64,000 nt of DNA, taken from the NCBI RefSeq assembly GCF_009914755.1, contig NC_060937.1. One strand, written 5' to 3'. The position numbers and the translations under genes were made by a program. How positions within the stretch are numbered: position 1 is the stretch's first letter; the number at the start of each line of letters is the position of its first letter. This document shows, piece after piece, positions 58,505-64,000 of the stretch. This stretch comes from the human T2T-CHM13v2.0 reference genome, Homo sapiens. Under the pieces are notes generated by a model. It did not search any database, had not been told where the DNA came from, and was given only the letters and a program-made list of their open reading frames with translations.

Positions 58505-61286
58505 AAAGACACCTTTTTTACTATCCCTCTACATCCCTCCTCTCAAAACCTTTATGCTTTCACTTGGACCAACCCTGACACAGGCTACTCCCAACAACTC
58601 ATCTGGACTGTCCTCCCCTGGGGGTTTAGAGACAGCCATCACTATTTCAGTCACTTCAATTAGACCTCTCCCAACTACCTCTACAACCCAGGATTTTGCT
58701 GCAATATGTGGACAGTTTACTCCTTTGCAGCCCCTTTCTTGACCATTGTATTCAACACACCACCAAGATTTTAAATGTTTTGGCTGAATGTGGGTACCTG
58801 GTGTCCAAAAGGAAGGCCCAATTAACCTCACCGAAAGTTTCATACCTAGGACTGATCATAACTCCAAATACCCGAGAAATGCTGTTGGCATGAAAGCAAG
58901 GTGTTCAACAAATCCCATTTCCTAAAACGAAAAGGGACTTACTTTCCTTCCTTGGATTAGTGGGATATTTCCGATTATGGGTAGCAAATTTTGCCATTAT
59001 TGCTAAACCCCTTTATGAACACACAAAAGGAAATCTTGACCAACCACTCACTCCCACCCCAGACCTTTATCATGCTTTTTCTCATCTAAAACGTGCCTTA
59101 TTGCAGGCCCATGCTTTAGACATTCCAAACCTCCTAAGACCTTTTCATCTATATTTACACAGTTCTCATAATCAGGCCCTTGGACTATTAGCCCAACTTA
59201 TGGGAGACTCCTTCTCAACAGTGGCATATTTTTCAAAACAACTAGACCCCATTTATAAAATCTGGTCCCTTTTCTTAAAAATTTTGGCCACAGCCTCTCT
59301 AATTATCTCTGAGACACAAAAACTCATGTTCTACAAACCCCTTCAGGTATTTTCTTCTCACAGTCTACAAGATATGGTCAGCCATAGGCGCTCACCCCCA
59401 TCTCATCCTCTCATATGCAAGCCTTACATTTAACCCTCCTTCAACCCGCTATCTCTCTTCATAGATGCTCCCCACCTAATCCCGCCTCTCTTTTACCCTC
59501 AATACCGATTTTAGATCCTGACCAATACTCATGCTCTGATCTAATTGAAAGTTCTCCTACCATGTTTCACCATCTTACTTCCACTCACATAAAGGGAGCC
59601 CCAGACTGGTTTATAGATGGCAGTGCATCAAAAAACCCTCCTCTCCAAGCAGGATATGCCATCATTGAGGGATAGCGTTATGATACCCACTCTCTCCCAT
59701 CTAGAAGAGTGATAGAGGCTGCCCCCTTGCCTTTGGGCACATCCGCCCAACAAGCAGAATTAGTTGCCCTAATAAGAGCACTAACCCTACCAAAAAACAC
59801 ACAAGTTAATAATACACCAATTCTAAATATGCTTATAACATCATCCATTCCAATGCCTAAATTTGGAGGGAGCGGGGCTATCTCACAGTTATAGGAACCC
59901 CTATCATTAATGGAAAGCTCATTCATCCTCTATTAAAGGCACTTCTACTTCCAGAAAAGGTTGCAGTTATTCATGGCAAAGAACATCAGACAAAAGCCAC
60001 ATTTCTTTAGGGAACCATGAGGCTGACTACTGGGCAAAACATGTCTCAACCAATCACCCAATTCCCCAATACTTATTTCCCTTCATACAACATATCCCCT
60101 TCTTTTATCCAGAACACCAAACACAACAACTAATCATGGCAGGGGCACAATTCAAACCCCCCAAACTGATTCATACAAAACAAATTAGTCCTACCTGACC
60201 CTGAAAAAAACAACTCTTTTACGGGACATTCACAACCTCTTCCATGCTAGCCATTCACCTCTACAACACTTCTTAAATTCCCATAAACACATAACCCCAG
60301 ATATAAAGGAACAGTTAAAAGCCATTTCCCATCAATGCTCTATTTGCCAGAAAGCTTCACCCCATTCCAACACTAGACACTCTTCTTTCCCAATCCATCA
60401 AGCCAGGGGACACCTTCCAGGACAGGATTGGCAAATTGATTTTACCCATATACCCCCAGTAAAAAGGGTTTGATTTCTTTTAGTTCTGGTTGATACCTTT
60501 TTGGAATGGCTTGAGGCTTTTCCCACAACCAACAAACGAGCCTCTAATGTCACCTCCAAATTAATAACAGAAATCATCCCCAGGTTTGGGGTGCCTCTTT
60601 CTTTTCAATCTGATAATGGCCCTGAATTCATTTCTCAGATTACTCAAACACTTTCACAAGCCCTACAAATTACCTGGAAGCTACACATCCCCTATCGACC
60701 TCAATCTTCAGAAAAGGTTGAAAAAATGAATGGCATTCTAAAAAACACCCTCACCAGGTACTCACTCCAGACACATAAAGACTCGGTTACACTTTTGCCT
60801 TTAGCCCTTCTAAAAATTCAGGTGCTCTCACATAAACCTTTAATGCTCAGCCCCTTTGAACTCACATATGGGAGACCACTTGCCCCTTTTGGTCCACCTC
60901 AGGGTCAAGCCCCACCTCTGCCAACCCCTCTCATTTCCCCTCTTGTACATACCATCTGCCATTTCATTTGGGAATATGCTGACAAACACCTGCCACAACT
61001 TGTCACCAACTCCTCTAATCCCTTCCTACAGCCAGGAGACTGGGTTCTGATAAAAGATCCCAGTCCTAGCCCCAATTCCCTCCTTACACCTAAATGGAAA
61101 GGACCTTACCAGATCATCCTTACTACACCCATGGCAGCAAAACTCCAGGGACTCCCCAACTGGTTTCATTATACCTCTCTCAAGAAAACAGACTTCCCTT
61201 CACCACATACACAAACAACCAAATCTAAAACCCCTTCAGCCTTCTCTTGTGTCTCCACAGGACCTACTTCCCTTCGCCTCACCTAA
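58505..61286 (+). pseudogene. pol: ERV pol relic (RT, RNase H, integrase) with frameshifts and stops
   Basis: RT: KDTFFTIPLHPSSQ..WTVLPWGFRDS and LQYVDSLLL (YVDD degraded to YVDS). RNase H: WFIDGSA, SAQQAELVAL. Integrase: WQIDFTH, QSDNGPEF, KVEKMNG, WKGPY. Confidence 0.93.
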
Positions 61287-61326
61287 ATCCTGGAGGAAAA
61301 GGAAGAGAAATCCACATAAGCTGCTT

Positions 61327-63082
61327 ATGTCTCTTTCTCTCCCAAACTTTCACTGCTTCCTAACCAACCTTGCTACAGACCTTCAGTGGTACCCTTACAA
61401 AGCTCCCATTATACATGCTAATCAGTTTCTGACTGTTCTATGGTACCTATGGCTTCAAGGAACTTTCCAGGACTTTACTACTACCCAAATAACTTTTTTC
61501 TCTTTTTGATTGTTTCTTTCAATATAAATTCCCTAATCATATCAACCTCACCAATAAAACCACTCCTCACTGCTCTCAAACTAGAATGCTCTATAAACCT
61601 TACACAATCCCTCTTGCTGCAAAGCTAACTCTTCCTTTGCTCCAGAGTGCTGGATATGCTTATCGCTGTCTTCCTCAGCTTACACAGCCCTTCCTACACC
61701 CCTTCATGACCTTTGAACAGGAAATATAACCCTAACTTATAAACTCCCAAAAGGAGCTTCCTTTTTTGAGAGAGCCGACACCCTGTTCAGAGATTATTTC
61801 ACTTCCAGGGCCAATCGGGCCAACAAAATATTTCAAACCTATTACAACTCTCTACAATGCCTTAAGCACCAAGACCCTCCCATTGAAGGGCCCATAACTA
61901 CACACACCCCCCTTTTACAACAAGCCTCACTTTGCTTTTCAGCCTCGGAGGGAAATTTCCCTGTAGGGTCCTTAACATCTAACCAATGCAATCACACTAT
62001 CATTGTTAAACACCCCTCTGACCATCAAAGTAGCCACGTTGACTACCAAGTATCACCTGAAACAAATGGAGCATTTCTGCAACCAGCTAGTTTACAGCCT
62101 CTCCGTCAACCAATGCCTCCTGCCTAACTTGCGCTGCCCCTGGTGCCCAACTTTTTCCATGGCTCAATATCAATGGTGCAACATCCGATTGCATTAAATG
62201 TGTAAAAAATAACTCTTCCTATATCTCTACTATAGTGGGTGTCTCCCTGGCCTCCTCCTTGTCCACCTGGAGTAAAAAACCGCAGGAAAGAAAAAACACC
62301 CCATCTTTAATTTGCTTATCTTCTTTCCCTATCTCCGCCTGCATTATGACAAAGGCTTGTTCTTTTTATGCGGTACCAACACATATCTTTTTCTCCCCAC
62401 CAACTAGACCAGAACCTGTACCCTAGTTTATCTTTCTCCCTCCGTTGGACTAGTTCCTCCTAATCAATCTTCACCTGTTCCATTCATCCAGTATGTTAGA
62501 AAAAGGAGGAGCATCCAAGTCATTCCTTTAATGGCTGCCTTATGTATAACCTCCGGGCTTGGATTGGGAGCAGGCAGACTGGCCAACTCCTTAACATACT
62601 TTAAAGTTCTTTCAACAGAACTACAGGATTTATTAAAAGATATAGCCCAAAGCCTTATAAGAGTCGAAGACCAATTAGACTCCTTGCCTGGAGCAGTCCT
62701 CCAAAATAGACTGGGATTAGATCTTACAATGGCTGAAAAAGGGGGTCTCTGCCTCTCACTGAGTGAGGAATGTTGCTTCTATCTCAACCAATCAGGCCTA
62801 GTAAGAGATGCTGCTGAAAAACTTGAAGAAAGGGCTAAAACGTGAAAGGAATACCAAAACAACCAAATACATTCTTGGTTTAGAAACAAAATCCTAACAT
62901 GGACCATCCCATTCTTGGGCCCTCTCCTAATAATATGCCTAGGACTAATGTGCTTACCTGGCTTAATTCACCTTTTTCAAAGATTTTTTAACTGACAGGA
63001 TCATGGACATCTCACAATTACCTAAAAACATCTACAGATGGCATTACTCCCACAATCAACCCAAGACCAAAGAACCCTCTGA
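61327..63082 (+). pseudogene. env: ERV env relic
   Basis: SU motif PECWICL (~61642-61662), furin site RKRR (62498-62509), ISD LQNRLGLDLTMAEKGGLC and CX6CC (CLSLSEECC). Stop at 62843-62845, before the membrane anchor. Boundaries are approximate. Confidence 0.9.
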
Positions 63083-63155
63083 CCCTCCACTCAGCAGGAA
63101 GTAGCCAGAAAGAATATACCACCCCTCTTCCTTTCTATAACTGTAGGGACTGGAT

Positions 63156-63572
63156 TGACAGAGCAGGAGATCGTCGTCTTGGAGAAACACCACCATTTTA
63201 AGTTCCCTTTGATTAAAAAAACACCCAAATCAAGCGCCCAAACATCAGCCTAATGCCTAATGTCAGCATCACCAGAAACATTCCAACCCTAAGATAAACC
63301 CCCTCTGACCAGAAACACGCCAACCCTGAGACAGCCTCCCCTCCAACCAGACATCCCAATCCCAACCCCACAATAAACTTTCCCTCACATAGAAACATTC
63401 CGAACCTGCGATAAGCTCCCCACTTCCTACACCCTTAAATACCCTTAGTCTGTAAGAGAGAATGCTCCTGAGCAAAATTGGCCAGAAGCCCCTCTAAAGT
63501 TTATTCTCCAAAATAAATCTGTCTTTTACTGTTGAGCTGCTTTTTGTGTTTCTTACCTCTTTAACTCTTACA
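63156..63572 (+). mobile_element. 3' LTR of the provirus (LTR19-like)
   Basis: TGACAGAGCAGG...TCTTACA (TG/CA ends), TATA-like cttaaata 63434-63441, AATAAA 63512-63517. Confidence 0.88.
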
Positions 63573-64000
63573 ATAACCATCCCCATGTTCCCATGGAAAA
63601 GATGGCCAGCTGATCTTTTTATTTACCCAGTGAAGGGGCAGACCCAGAGAAGGTGGGCCTAATGATGTGGCTATCATTTTGGCTTGCCTCCCTCCAGCCT
63701 CCGTTCCAGGAGTCCTGCTCCTGGCCAAAATCCTATGTGTGATCTGATGGCAAGGCCTTGCCTGGGAGACCTCCCGGGGACCACTGCCATCCCCACCCTA
63801 GACATGGTGCATGACCAGGGCACTGCCATTTCTGGAGGGACTTGCAATTTATGACTCAGCTCTGCCCTGCCAGGCCAGCTGGGATCATGGCCATAGCTGC
63901 AGTCCCAGACCAGGTGCCTCTGTGCAGAGGCCTCCTGATCAGGGCCCAGATGAGGCACTTTCCTCCATGCTGGCTCCGTTCCTTTCTTCTCCTATCCCTT

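Larger units (their letters stand above)
58505..63572 (+). mobile_element. 5'-truncated class I (gamma-like) ERV provirus, HERV-F/H-related (LTR19/HERVFH19-like)
   Basis: Colinear RT, RNase H, integrase, env and 3' LTR. No gag or 5' LTR is present in the window. Confidence 0.92.

Overview
Primate (human-like) genomic DNA from inside the NALCN sodium leak channel gene, which is transcribed on the minus strand. Two phase-0 coding exons are present: 29006-29143 (domain II pore loop and S6, [14 protein letters not shown]...HLFATL) and 13386-13460 ([25 protein letters not shown]). From memory these are exons 14 and 15, residues about 543-613. The rest is AT-rich intron dense in transposable elements: Alu, L1, L2, MIR, MaLR/ERVL LTRs, DNA transposon relics, a solo LTR12 and a tailless U2 fragment. 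The last ~5.7 kb start at an abrupt junction (~58281) inside an Alu and contain the 3' half of a decayed HERV-F/H-like provirus (pol, env, 3' LTR) followed by a GC-rich flank. Apart from the two exon ORFs and the L1/ERV relics, the ORF-track entries look like noise. I found no convincing novel biological system. The best leads are the junction, a possible stop-free circRNA of the two exons, and an antisense LTR12 promoter. Repeat subfamily names and residue numbers come from recall of consensus sequences, not from database searches.
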